A stretch of DNA of 64,000 bases from Pseudobdellovibrionaceae bacterium (GTDB taxonomy: Bacteria > Bdellovibrionota > Bdellovibrionia > Bdellovibrionales > JAMPXM01): the NCBI GenBank assembly GCA_021463345.1, contig JAJTYM010000002.1, positions 99,646-163,645 on the forward strand, given 5' to 3'. The notes under the pieces were generated by a model, which was not told where the DNA came from, searched no databases, and saw only the letters and a list, made by a program, of their open reading frames with translations. This document shows, in pieces, positions 52,736 to 64,000 of the stretch. How positions within the stretch are numbered: position 1 is the first letter of the stretch; every line of letters begins with the position of its first letter. Both the position numbers and the translations under genes were made by a program.

Positions 52736-53502
52736 AATCCATCGTTTTCACTTTGCTTCTGATGATCGCGCCCCTGCATGGCCAGGCGCTCGAATCGCCG
52801 TCCACCGCGGCTGCTCAAGACGCCACCGAACGAAATGCCGTTTCGATGCGCGACCATGATGCGACGGCCGCCGATGCCCATTCGGGCGACGACCACGCCG
52901 CCGGCTACGAGGGCGGCATGCACAACCCGGCAGAGGGACTCGTCGAAGCTCGTGCGGGTGGTCAGGCCGAAACGCACGAGGGAGTCCAAGAAGCCGGCCA
53001 TGGTGCCGGTCATCATGCCGATGGCGTGCCGGCGTCTGTCTATTGGCAGGCCGTGAATTTCTTCATATTCGCGTTTCTTCTCTGGTTCCTCCTGCGTAAA
53101 AAGGTTCCTGCATACTTCAAAGAGCGCGAGTTGAATTTCAATATGGCTCTCGAAAAGGCCGAAAAAGCGCGCCAGGAAGCAGAGGCTCAAAAGCGCGAAG
53201 TCGAACGGCGTTTGCAAGCCTTGCAGGCGAGCGCCGATCAGAGCATTGCCCAGGCCAAAGCCGAAGCCGAGGAGCTCCGCATAAAAATTTTGAGGGAGGC
53301 CGAAGAGCTTTCGGGACGCCTCAAAGAAGATGCCCATCGCACGGCGGAGATAGAGCTTCAGCGCGCGAAGGCCGAACTGCGCGAGGAAGTGCTTTCGCAA
53401 GCCGTCGCGGCCGCCGCGAAAATTCTCTCCGAAAAAATCGCCGACACGGATCAGAAGCGCTTGCAGTCGGAATTCGTCGAAAAAATTCAGGTGGTGCGTT
53501 GA
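52732..53502 (+). CDS. atpF: F-type ATP synthase Fo subunit b with a roughly 100-aa N-terminal His/Asp-rich extension
   Basis: The canonical part is YWQAVNFFIFAFLLWFLLRKKV followed by an A/E/K/R-rich coiled coil. The N-terminus has a signal-like MKSIVFTLLLMIAPLHG and 9 His within the first 100 residues. Confidence 0.85.
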   Translation: MKSIVFTLLLMIAPLHGQALESPSTAAAQDATERNAVSMRDHDATAADAHSGDDHAAGYEGGMHNPAEGLVEARAGGQAETHEGVQEAGHGAGHHADGVPASVYWQAVNFFIFAFLLWFLLRKKVPAYFKERELNFNMALEKAEKARQEAEAQKREVERRLQALQASADQSIAQAKAEAEELRIKILREAEELSGRLKEDAHRTAEIELQRAKAELREEVLSQAVAAAAKILSEKIADTDQKRLQSEFVEKIQVVR

Positions 53503-54062
53503 TGAAAGCGATGGAATTGGCCAGTCGCTACGCAAAGTCGATTTTCGAACTCACTCCGTCCGGCGCCGAGCAGGAAAAAACGCTCGAGGAGCTCCGTTTA
53601 CTCGGGCAAGAATTCGCCTCAAACCCCGAGGTCATCGAATTCTTGTCTTCGCCGCTGGTAAAACCCGAGGATCGCGAAAAGGTCCTCGGCATGGCTGTGA
53701 AGAACGCGAACGTCCGTGAGAACGTTCATCACCTTCTCCTGCTGCTCGCGCGCAACAACCGCTTCGCCATTTTCGGGGAAATCGTCGAAGCTTTTGAAAG
53801 CTTGGTGGACGACGCGAACGGCGTCGTGCGCGGGAGCGTGCGCTCGGCCGCCAACCTTGGGCCGGCCGAACGTCAGCAAATCGAGACGATCGTCGAGAAG
53901 GTGTTGAAGAAGAAAGTCATTATGGCCTACAAAACCGATCCGTCCGTCATCGGCGGCTTGGTCGCCAAAGTCGGCAGCTATACGTTCGATGACTCGTTGA
54001 ATTCGCATCTGACCCGCTTGAACGAAGAACTGAAGAGAACTCCAAGCGTTCGAGCATTGTGA
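53502..54062 (+). CDS. atpH: F-type ATP synthase F1 subunit delta (OSCP)
   Basis: ASRYAKSIFEL is the OSCP-family N-terminus. The gene lies between atpF and atpA. Confidence 0.9.
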   Translation: MKAMELASRYAKSIFELTPSGAEQEKTLEELRLLGQEFASNPEVIEFLSSPLVKPEDREKVLGMAVKNANVRENVHHLLLLLARNNRFAIFGEIVEAFESLVDDANGVVRGSVRSAANLGPAERQQIETIVEKVLKKKVIMAYKTDPSVIGGLVAKVGSYTFDDSLNSHLTRLNEELKRTPSVRAL

Positions 54063-54156
54063 ATTTTCGGATCGTGACTTTATAAACTGAGGACGCCGAG
54101 CGTCCGGTGAATCAGATACGGCGCATTTTGATTTTAAAGAGGAAGGCTCTGTAACC

Positions 54157-55680
<1,524 letters not shown>

Positions 55681-55690
55681 CAGGTGACCG

Positions 55691-57983
<2,293 letters not shown>

Positions 57984-57984
<1 letters not shown>

Positions 57985-58403
57985 TGTTCACGTTGAGCCT
58001 GGTCACGCCTGAAAAAAAACTGGTCACGGGAGCTGAGATCGAGGAGGTCTTTGTGCCCGCGTACCGGGGCGAGCTCAACATCCTTCCGGGCCACGCGCCC
58101 TTGATGACGACGCTGTCGACCGGGATTCTTCGTTACCGCTTCAAGGGCGAAAGCGAGCTTCACCCGGTCGCGATCAGTTGGGGTTACTGCCAGGTCAGCC
58201 CGGTCGGGGTGAACATCCTGGCCGAAACCGCCGAGCGCCCCGAAGAGATCGATTTGGCTCGCGTGAACGCCGCTCGAGCGAAGGCCGCCGAAAAACTCGC
58301 TTTGTCGGATTTGAATGAAGAGGATCTTGCGAAATACCAGGGCAAGGTTGAGCGTGCCCGCATCCGCGAAGAAGTCGCTTCGATCTCGAAGACGACGCGC
58401 TGA
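57984..58403 (+). CDS. atpC: F-type ATP synthase F1 subunit epsilon
   Basis: FTLSLVTPEKKLVTGAEIEEVFVPAYRGELNILPGHAPL is the canonical epsilon beta-sandwich N-terminus. The start overlaps the atpD stop (TAATG). Confidence 0.95.
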
Positions 58404-58409
58404 GCCCCC

Positions 58410-59084
58410 ATGTCGGTTCGCTCGCCGGGTTCCTGGAAGTACGTCCCGGAAGATTGGGCGGCGCGCGAGCGCTTCATTTACCGTTCCGCTTCCGCGCTTC
58501 TTCGCCTCGGATTCGAATGGGAACTCGAAAAGTCCCCGCGACCCGATGGCGCCATCGTTCGCGCTCGAGCGTCCGTAAACATCCCGTTCCGGCGGGAACA
58601 GCGGCTCGTTTGGGAAGCGCGGTTTCCGAGCCATTCCGATGGACCATTCGGCTTCGATTTCGTCGGGGAAACCAATGAGGCCACCGGCTCGACGCGCACG
58701 TGGAGCGTCCAGAGCGATCGGCTCGTGTACAACGAAGGGAAAGTCGAGCGGATCATCGAGGCGCCGGCGGGAACGATCGTTTTCCACCCGCTTCAGATCC
58801 CCGCGTTTTTCCGTTCGCTCGGGGCCGCTCCACCCGCCGAACCCCTCACGCTTTTGGTCTCCCGCCGTTTTCAAGCATTGCGCGCGACGAACTCTGGCGT
58901 GGTGGGAAGCGATCGGAGAGTCCGCCTCGAGGCCGCGGTCTTTTCTGAGCGAGGCGTGGACTGGTCGGAAGCGAGGAGCGGCGAGGTCCTGCTCGAACCC
59001 TCGAGCGGGTCGGTGCGCGAAATCCGCGCGCACGTACCGGTTCTTGGCTCCGTTTCGGTTCAGCTCGAAAAGCACGAGATTTGA
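58410..59084 (+). CDS. Hypothetical protein (224 aa) co-transcribed with the atp operon
   Basis: The ATG lies 6 nt after the atpC stop. Third-position GC bias is strong. The only competing frame (57933..59198, minus) is an Arg-rich shadow ORF. A terminator-like hairpin follows at 59155-59177. I recognise no family. Confidence 0.55.
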   Translation: MSVRSPGSWKYVPEDWAARERFIYRSASALLRLGFEWELEKSPRPDGAIVRARASVNIPFRREQRLVWEARFPSHSDGPFGFDFVGETNEATGSTRTWSVQSDRLVYNEGKVERIIEAPAGTIVFHPLQIPAFFRSLGAAPPAEPLTLLVSRRFQALRATNSGVVGSDRRVRLEAAVFSERGVDWSEARSGEVLLEPSSGSVREIRAHVPVLGSVSVQLEKHEI

Positions 59085-59154
59085 AGCGGCGATCGCGTGG
59101 ATTTCGCGTTGGCGCCCCCGTCCGGCTCCCGACACGGAGGGCTTCGGCCGGACT

Positions 59155-59177
59155 GCGGCGCGAATTCGCCGCCTTTT
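59155..59177 (+). terminator. Candidate intrinsic terminator ending the atpF'-...-atpC-ORF unit
   Basis: GCGGCG-cgaatt-CGCCGC is a 6-bp GC stem followed by CTTTT. It is nested inside an outer 8-bp pairing CTTCGGCC (59142-59149) / GGCCGAAG (59178-59185), between convergent genes. Confidence 0.55.
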
Positions 59178-59205
59178 GGCCGAAGGCGTGGTCGACAAAC
59201 CCGCT

Positions 59206-60966
59206 CTAAGGCGCGAATTCTTCGTCGACTTCGGCGTCCGTCGGCTCCTCGGAAAAACCGGTGGGTTGACGGTGGAAGCGCTTGCCGTTTCTGGCTATGG
59301 GGGTCGCTGCGGATTTGGTTCCGAAGAGGTATTGAGCCGTGAATTTTCCGAGATCGGGATGGCGGAAGTGAATGTCGACGATGTGCTGAAAGGATTTCGG
59401 GTCTTTCAAGAGGCTCGAGGTTTCGCTGTTGACCACGATGGTCCGGGCCGCGTTGTCGGCATCGATCCCGTTTGCGTAGACGGCTGATTGCCGGCCGCCG
59501 ATGTGGATCACCCCGATCGCGTTCGGGTTGGCGCGCATGATGCGGTTGATGTCGAAGGTTTTCGAAGTCGAGAGCCGGTAGAAACGGACGGAACGGTTCT
59601 TGGCGCGATCTTTCAGGGATGCGTAGAATCTTTCCCCTGACGAAAAGACGAAAATCGGCCGTTCGGCGTCACGGAGCGACTCACGCGCCTGAAGTTTGTC
59701 GACGGAACGCTCGAATTGCCTGCGAAGGGTGCCGAGGGTGAGTTTCTGGAGTTCGAGGCTCTTTATGACGGTTTGCAGCTGTTCGATCCGCGGGCGTTCG
59801 AACTGCGCCGACGGCGTCACGCGTCGCTTGGCGCGCAGGATCCTGCGCAGGCTTTCGTCGATTCTCGCTTCCGAAACGCGCCCTGAGCGGACCGCTTTGT
59901 AAACGGCGTCCACGGCTTTGCCCTGCAACCTTCGGTTCCACGCGATCATCACGAGATCGACGCCGGCCTCGATGGCGCGCACGGCCCGCTCAGCCGGGTC
60001 TTTGATGGCGAACGCGCCGGCCATTTCGATGTCGTCGGTGATGACGAGGCCGTTGAACTTCATCCCCTCGCGCAAGAGGTCCGTCACGACGGGTTTTGAA
60101 AAAGTCGCTGGGAGCCCGGCGGGATCCAGCTTGGGATACGCGATGTGAGCCAGCATCACGGCTGATTCCGGCACTTCGCGGAAGCCGGCGGCGAACGGAA
60201 CGAGGTCGACTTTGTTGAGAGTTTCGATCGAAGCGTCCTTGATCGGCGTGACTTTGTGGGTGTCGGCGACGCCGCCGTGCCCTGGGAAGTGTTTCGCCGT
60301 CGGCAAGACGCCAGCTTCGCTCAGTCCGGCCGCGAACCGGCTCCCCAATCTCGATACTCTCTCCGGATCCTTGCCGAACGTGCGGGTGCCGACGAACGAG
60401 TCGGTGTTTGGGTCGGCGACGTCGAGTACCGGCGCGAGGTTCATGTTGAACCCGAGCGCTTTGAGCAATCGTCCCGTGTGCAGCCCGGCCTCATGGACGA
60501 GTTCCGGGCTGCCGGTTTCGCCGAGGGCGAGCGCGCTCGGCAGAGGCGGAGACGTTTTGATGCGGATGACGTTCCCGCCTTCTTGGTCGACGGCTATGAG
60601 GAGGGGCAGGCCCGACGCCGTGAGCGCCGCTTTTTGCGAGTCGTGATTCAGGTCGATCAGCTGCCGGGCGGATTTGATGTTGCGGCCGAAGACGATGACC
60701 GCTCCTGGCTTTTGCTGGGCGATCGTCCGTTTCAGGCCCTTCGACATGTCGTGCCCCATGAAGCCGAAGATGAACAATTGGCCGATTTTTGTCTTCAAAG
60801 GCGCTTTTTCGATCCATTCGAGGTCCGCTGAGGCGAGATCCTGAACGGGCGCCTGGGCTTTGGTCGTGGCTTTGTCTGGCACGGCCCCACGGCCTTCGTT
60901 CTCAGCGCCGAAAGCGATGGCTAGCATCATGAACGTATGCGCGAGCGGTCGAACGATGTCTCCCAT
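59206..60966 (-). CDS. nagZ: Glycoside hydrolase family 3 beta-N-acetylhexosaminidase (NagZ-like) with an extra C-terminal domain
   Basis: GH3 motifs are present (IAVDQEGGNVIR, NLAPVLDV, KHFPGHG). AAGGAG precedes the ATG at 60966. The N-terminus is signal-like. Confidence 0.85.
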   Translation of the reverse strand: MGDIVRPLAHTFMMLAIAFGAENEGRGAVPDKATTKAQAPVQDLASADLEWIEKAPLKTKIGQLFIFGFMGHDMSKGLKRTIAQQKPGAVIVFGRNIKSARQLIDLNHDSQKAALTASGLPLLIAVDQEGGNVIRIKTSPPLPSALALGETGSPELVHEAGLHTGRLLKALGFNMNLAPVLDVADPNTDSFVGTRTFGKDPERVSRLGSRFAAGLSEAGVLPTAKHFPGHGGVADTHKVTPIKDASIETLNKVDLVPFAAGFREVPESAVMLAHIAYPKLDPAGLPATFSKPVVTDLLREGMKFNGLVITDDIEMAGAFAIKDPAERAVRAIEAGVDLVMIAWNRRLQGKAVDAVYKAVRSGRVSEARIDESLRRILRAKRRVTPSAQFERPRIEQLQTVIKSLELQKLTLGTLRRQFERSVDKLQARESLRDAERPIFVFSSGERFYASLKDRAKNRSVRFYRLSTSKTFDINRIMRANPNAIGVIHIGGRQSAVYANGIDADNAARTIVVNSETSSLLKDPKSFQHIVDIHFRHPDLGKFTAQYLFGTKSAATPIARNGKRFHRQPTGFSEEPTDAEVDEEFAP

Positions 60967-61024
60967 GGGGCTCCTTCGAGCTTAACACATGGGCGACGGC
61001 CGTCAGGGCCAGGAATTGAGCGCG

Positions 61025-64000
61025 TCAGCAGAGCTTTTTCAGGTACAGAAGTTCCTCATAGATGTTCGGCCAGGCGATGTTGTTCATCCGGATGGTCAGG
61101 CGATTGTCCGGCGTGAGGCCGAACTTCTTGTTCTCGAGTTGGGCCAAGCGCACGACTTTTTCAGGAGGGAGCGGCGTTTTTTCCGTGAAGGCGAGCGAAA
61201 TCGTTTTCGCCCCCGAGCTCAGGTCGCGGATGCCGAGCTCGCGGCAATGGTGCCGGATGAGCATGAGACCCATGAGGTTGAGCGTTTCATCCGGCAGTTT
61301 CCCGAACTGATCGCGCAGCTCGTCCTCGATGCGGTCCATGTCCTCGGGTCGGGAGATTTCCGCCATCGCCTTGTAGTACGAAAGGCGGATGCGGATGTCG
61401 GGAACGTAGTTGTCTGGGATGAACGCCGGCACACGCACGTTGATGTCGGGTTCGACGGCTTGATCGACCGGTTCCCCCTTGATTTCGTGGATCGCCTCCT
61501 GCAGGAGTTCCAGGTACATCTCGTACCCGACGGCGTCGATATGGCCGCTTTGATCCTCGCCGAGGATGTTGCCGGTGCCACGCAGTTCGAGGTCGTGATG
61601 CGCGATCTTGATCCCGCTGCCGAGCGCGGTGTTTTCCTGGATCACTTTCAGGCGTTCTTGGGCGTCGGAGTCAAGGCGCTTTTGCGCTGGGATCACGAGG
61701 TAGCAGTACGCGCGCTCCTTGCCGCGTCCCACGCGGCCGCGCAGCTGGTAGAGCTGGCTCAAGCCGAACATGTGCGCGTCGTCGATGAACATGGTGTTGG
61801 CTCGCGGGTTGTCGATGCCGCTTTCGATGATCGTCGTGCAGACGAGGACGTCGATCTCATGATTGAAGAAGGCGATCATGGTCCTTTCGAGTTCGTCCTC
61901 GTCCATTTGCCCGTGGCCGACCCTGACGCGCGCTTCCGGGATGATTCGGCGGATCTCGTCGGCGGTGGCGTATATGCTCTGTACGCGGTTGTGAAGGAAA
62001 AACACCTGGCCGCCCCGGTGGATCTCGGATGCGATCGCCTTGCGGATGGTGTCTTCGTCGTATTTGCAGACGAACGTCCGCGTCGGCAGGCGGTCGACCG
62101 GCGGGGTGTTGATGATGCTCAAGTCGCGCATGCCGACGAGGCTCATGTTGAGCGTGCGCGGGATCGGCGTCGCTGACAGGGTCAACGTGTCCACCGCGAC
62201 GCGCATCTTTTTGATGCGCTCCTTGTGAGCGACGCCGAATTTCTGTTCCTCGTCGACGATCATGAGGCCCAGGTCCTTGAACTGAACATCCTTGCCGAGC
62301 AGGCGATGCGTTCCGATGACGATGTCGATGCGACCTTCCTTGGCTTCCTGGAGCGTCTTCTTGACCTCGGCGGGGGAGACGAAGCGGTTGAGCGCGCGGA
62401 TCTTGACGGGCCAGTTCGCGAAGCGTTTCTGGAACGTCTCCAGATGCTGGAACGTGAGAACCGTCGTGGGAGCGAGTACGGCGGCCTGCTTGCCGGCCTG
62501 CACGGCCAGGAACGCCGCGCGCATGGCGACTTCCGTTTTCCCGAATCCGACGTCGCCGCACACGAGGCGGTCCATGGGGCGTTCGGCGCGCAGGTCGCTT
62601 TCGATTTCCGCGACGGCGCGCAATTGATCGTCGGTTTCGTCGTACGGGAAATACGCCTCGAATTTGTGGAACTCGGTCTCGTCGACACGCAAGGGATCGC
62701 GCCGCGCCTGGCTGCGCTTGGCGTAGAGGGCGAGCAGCTCCACGGCGAGTTCGCGCAGGTGATGGCGAACCTTCGTTTTCGTTTTCTGCCAGGCGGTGCC
62801 ACCCAGTTTGTCGACGACGCCCGAGGCGTTCGGGCCGGAGTACTTCTGGATCTGCGCGATCCGGTAGATAGGCAGATAGAGCTTGTCGCCTTCCTTGTAC
62901 CCGATCTGGATGAATTCGGCCGGCACGCCTTGGATAGGCATCACCTTCAAGCCCTCGTAGATGCCGACCCCGTGCAGGACGTGCACGATGGCGTCGCCGG
63001 GTTTGAGGTCCCCGAAGCTAAGGCTGTGCGTGCGTTGCTCGAGGGTGCCGGCGGTTTTGTACTCGCGCCGACGCTTCTTTTGTCCGAAGAAGTCGTCGTC
63101 ACGCAGGAAGATGAGAGTTTCGTCGGCGATCCGAAGCGATTCGTTGGTAGACCTCGGGATCAGGTGCAGGGCGCGCCGGTCGGCGCGCTGCTGTTCGCGC
63201 CATGCGCCCCACAGGTATTCGTCTTCGCCGACGACTTCCGGGCGCAGTCGCGTTTTTTCGAAGAGCGCGCGCAGGCGCTGGCACTGAGTGACGGTGCCTG
63301 CGGCGATGAAAACGACTTGCCCCTCTTCGCGCCATTGCTCGACTTTGCCGGCGAGTTCGGCGATGGCGTCGTTCGCCGCGGTCGATGGCGCGAGTCGCAG
63401 CTCGCTGGTCGAGAACGGCAAGCGCGCGCGATCGTCCTTTTCGAGCGGCTTGTCCTGGACGGCGATCTTCGAAAGGCCGATGCGCGGCTCGAGCGCCTCC
63501 AAAGCGAGGTCCTCGAACCGGGAGTACAGGCCGTCGAACTCGGGGCGCAGGGGATGCGCCGCGGAGTCGGCGTGTTCCCTTTTGAGGCTCGCGGCGAGCG
63601 TGTCGGCTTCGCGCGCGATCTCGATGGGATTGACCTGCCACACGAGCGGGTCGCGGCCGAAAAAGTCGAGGGGCGAGGCGGGTTTTTCGAAAAAATCGCC
63701 CAGCAGGAAATCGACGCCGGGAAAAACGTGGCCTTGCGCCAGGGAATGCAGGATCAGATCGCGTTCGACCGCGTCCACGGGCCGCCCCGACGCCCCGTCC
63801 CGGTACCGGCTGGCGGCGCGTTCCCGCGTTTCGTCATCGTACAGGATTTCGCGCGGAGGGATGAGCGAGAAGCTCTGCACTGGCTCTCCGGAGCGTTGGG
63901 TCTCCGGGTTGAACATTCGCATGGATTCGATGGTGTCGCCGAACAACTCGATGCGGACCGGGCACGGGTGGGCCGGGGAGAAGATGTCGACGATCCCGCC
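61025..64000 (-). CDS. mfd: Transcription-repair coupling factor Mfd (N-terminus beyond the right edge)
   Basis: The protein has the RNAP-interacting/CarD-like segment (GDAIVHVLHGVGIYEGL), SF2 translocase motifs (LVCGDVGFGKTEVA, IVDEEQKFG) and the TRG motif region. The frame stays open to the window edge. Confidence 0.95.
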   Translation of the reverse strand, partial: GGIVDIFSPAHPCPVRIELFGDTIESMRMFNPETQRSGEPVQSFSLIPPREILYDDETRERAASRYRDGASGRPVDAVERDLILHSLAQGHVFPGVDFLLGDFFEKPASPLDFFGRDPLVWQVNPIEIAREADTLAASLKREHADSAAHPLRPEFDGLYSRFEDLALEALEPRIGLSKIAVQDKPLEKDDRARLPFSTSELRLAPSTAANDAIAELAGKVEQWREEGQVVFIAAGTVTQCQRLRALFEKTRLRPEVVGEDEYLWGAWREQQRADRRALHLIPRSTNESLRIADETLIFLRDDDFFGQKKRRREYKTAGTLEQRTHSLSFGDLKPGDAIVHVLHGVGIYEGLKVMPIQGVPAEFIQIGYKEGDKLYLPIYRIAQIQKYSGPNASGVVDKLGGTAWQKTKTKVRHHLRELAVELLALYAKRSQARRDPLRVDETEFHKFEAYFPYDETDDQLRAVAEIESDLRAERPMDRLVCGDVGFGKTEVAMRAAFLAVQAGKQAAVLAPTTVLTFQHLETFQKRFANWPVKIRALNRFVSPAEVKKTLQEAKEGRIDIVIGTHRLLGKDVQFKDLGLMIVDEEQKFGVAHKERIKKMRVAVDTLTLSATPIPRTLNMSLVGMRDLSIINTPPVDRLPTRTFVCKYDEDTIRKAIASEIHRGGQVFFLHNRVQSIYATADEIRRIIPEARVRVGHGQMDEDELERTMIAFFNHEIDVLVCTTIIESGIDNPRANTMFIDDAHMFGLSQLYQLRGRVGRGKERAYCYLVIPAQKRLDSDAQERLKVIQENTALGSGIKIAHHDLELRGTGNILGEDQSGHIDAVGYEMYLELLQEAIHEIKGEPVDQAVEPDINVRVPAFIPDNYVPDIRIRLSYYKAMAEISRPEDMDRIEDELRDQFGKLPDETLNLMGLMLIRHHCRELGIRDLSSGAKTISLAFTEKTPLPPEKVVRLAQLENKKFGLTPDNRLTIRMNNIAWPNIYEELLYLKKLC

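Overview
This is a 64-kb origin-of-replication segment from a high-GC diderm bacterium. GC is roughly 60-65% over most of the window by hand counts of sample lines. Gene content and order loosely suggest a Bdellovibrionota, Myxococcota or other delta-like lineage, but I cannot assign taxonomy from this window.

**Gene content**
- The core is the canonical gyrA-gyrB-recF-dnaN-dnaA block on the minus strand. It diverges from rpmH-rnpA-yidD-yidC-jag-mnmE-mnmG-rsmG-(lipoprotein)-parA-parB on the plus strand.
- The best oriC candidate is the AT-rich, DnaA-box-bearing dnaA-dnaN spacer at 40187-40456.
- Two perfect parS palindromes lie just upstream of parA.
- Flanking housekeeping genes include tal, dapB-dapA-dapF, ftsK, queE, a Fis-like HTH protein, dnaB, rpsF/rplI, sdhCAB, etfBA, three tandem parvulin/SurA chaperones plus pdxA, a phosphomannomutase, uvrA, nagZ and mfd.
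- The F1Fo ATP synthase is split. atpZ-atpI-atpB-atpE sits at 30.4-32.1 kb on the minus strand, and atpF'-F-H-A-G-D-C at 52.3-58.4 kb on the plus strand.

**What I did not find**
- I saw no rRNA, tRNA, CRISPR array, IS/transposon, integrase, prophage or recognisable defence or toxin module.
- I do not see a convincing stand-alone novel system.

**Most interesting observations**
- The centromere architecture: two parS sites bracket an inverted low-GC lipoprotein gene, and a bactofilin gene overlaps the parB 3' end by 13 nt.
- The origin structure.
- A marked GC trough around ori/parS.
- Unusual N-terminal extensions on ATP synthase subunits c and b.
- An orphan ORF fused to the end of the atp operon.
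- A UvrA with a shortened insertion domain.

Many long ORFs in the six-frame track are antisense shadow frames typical of high-GC DNA and were rejected.
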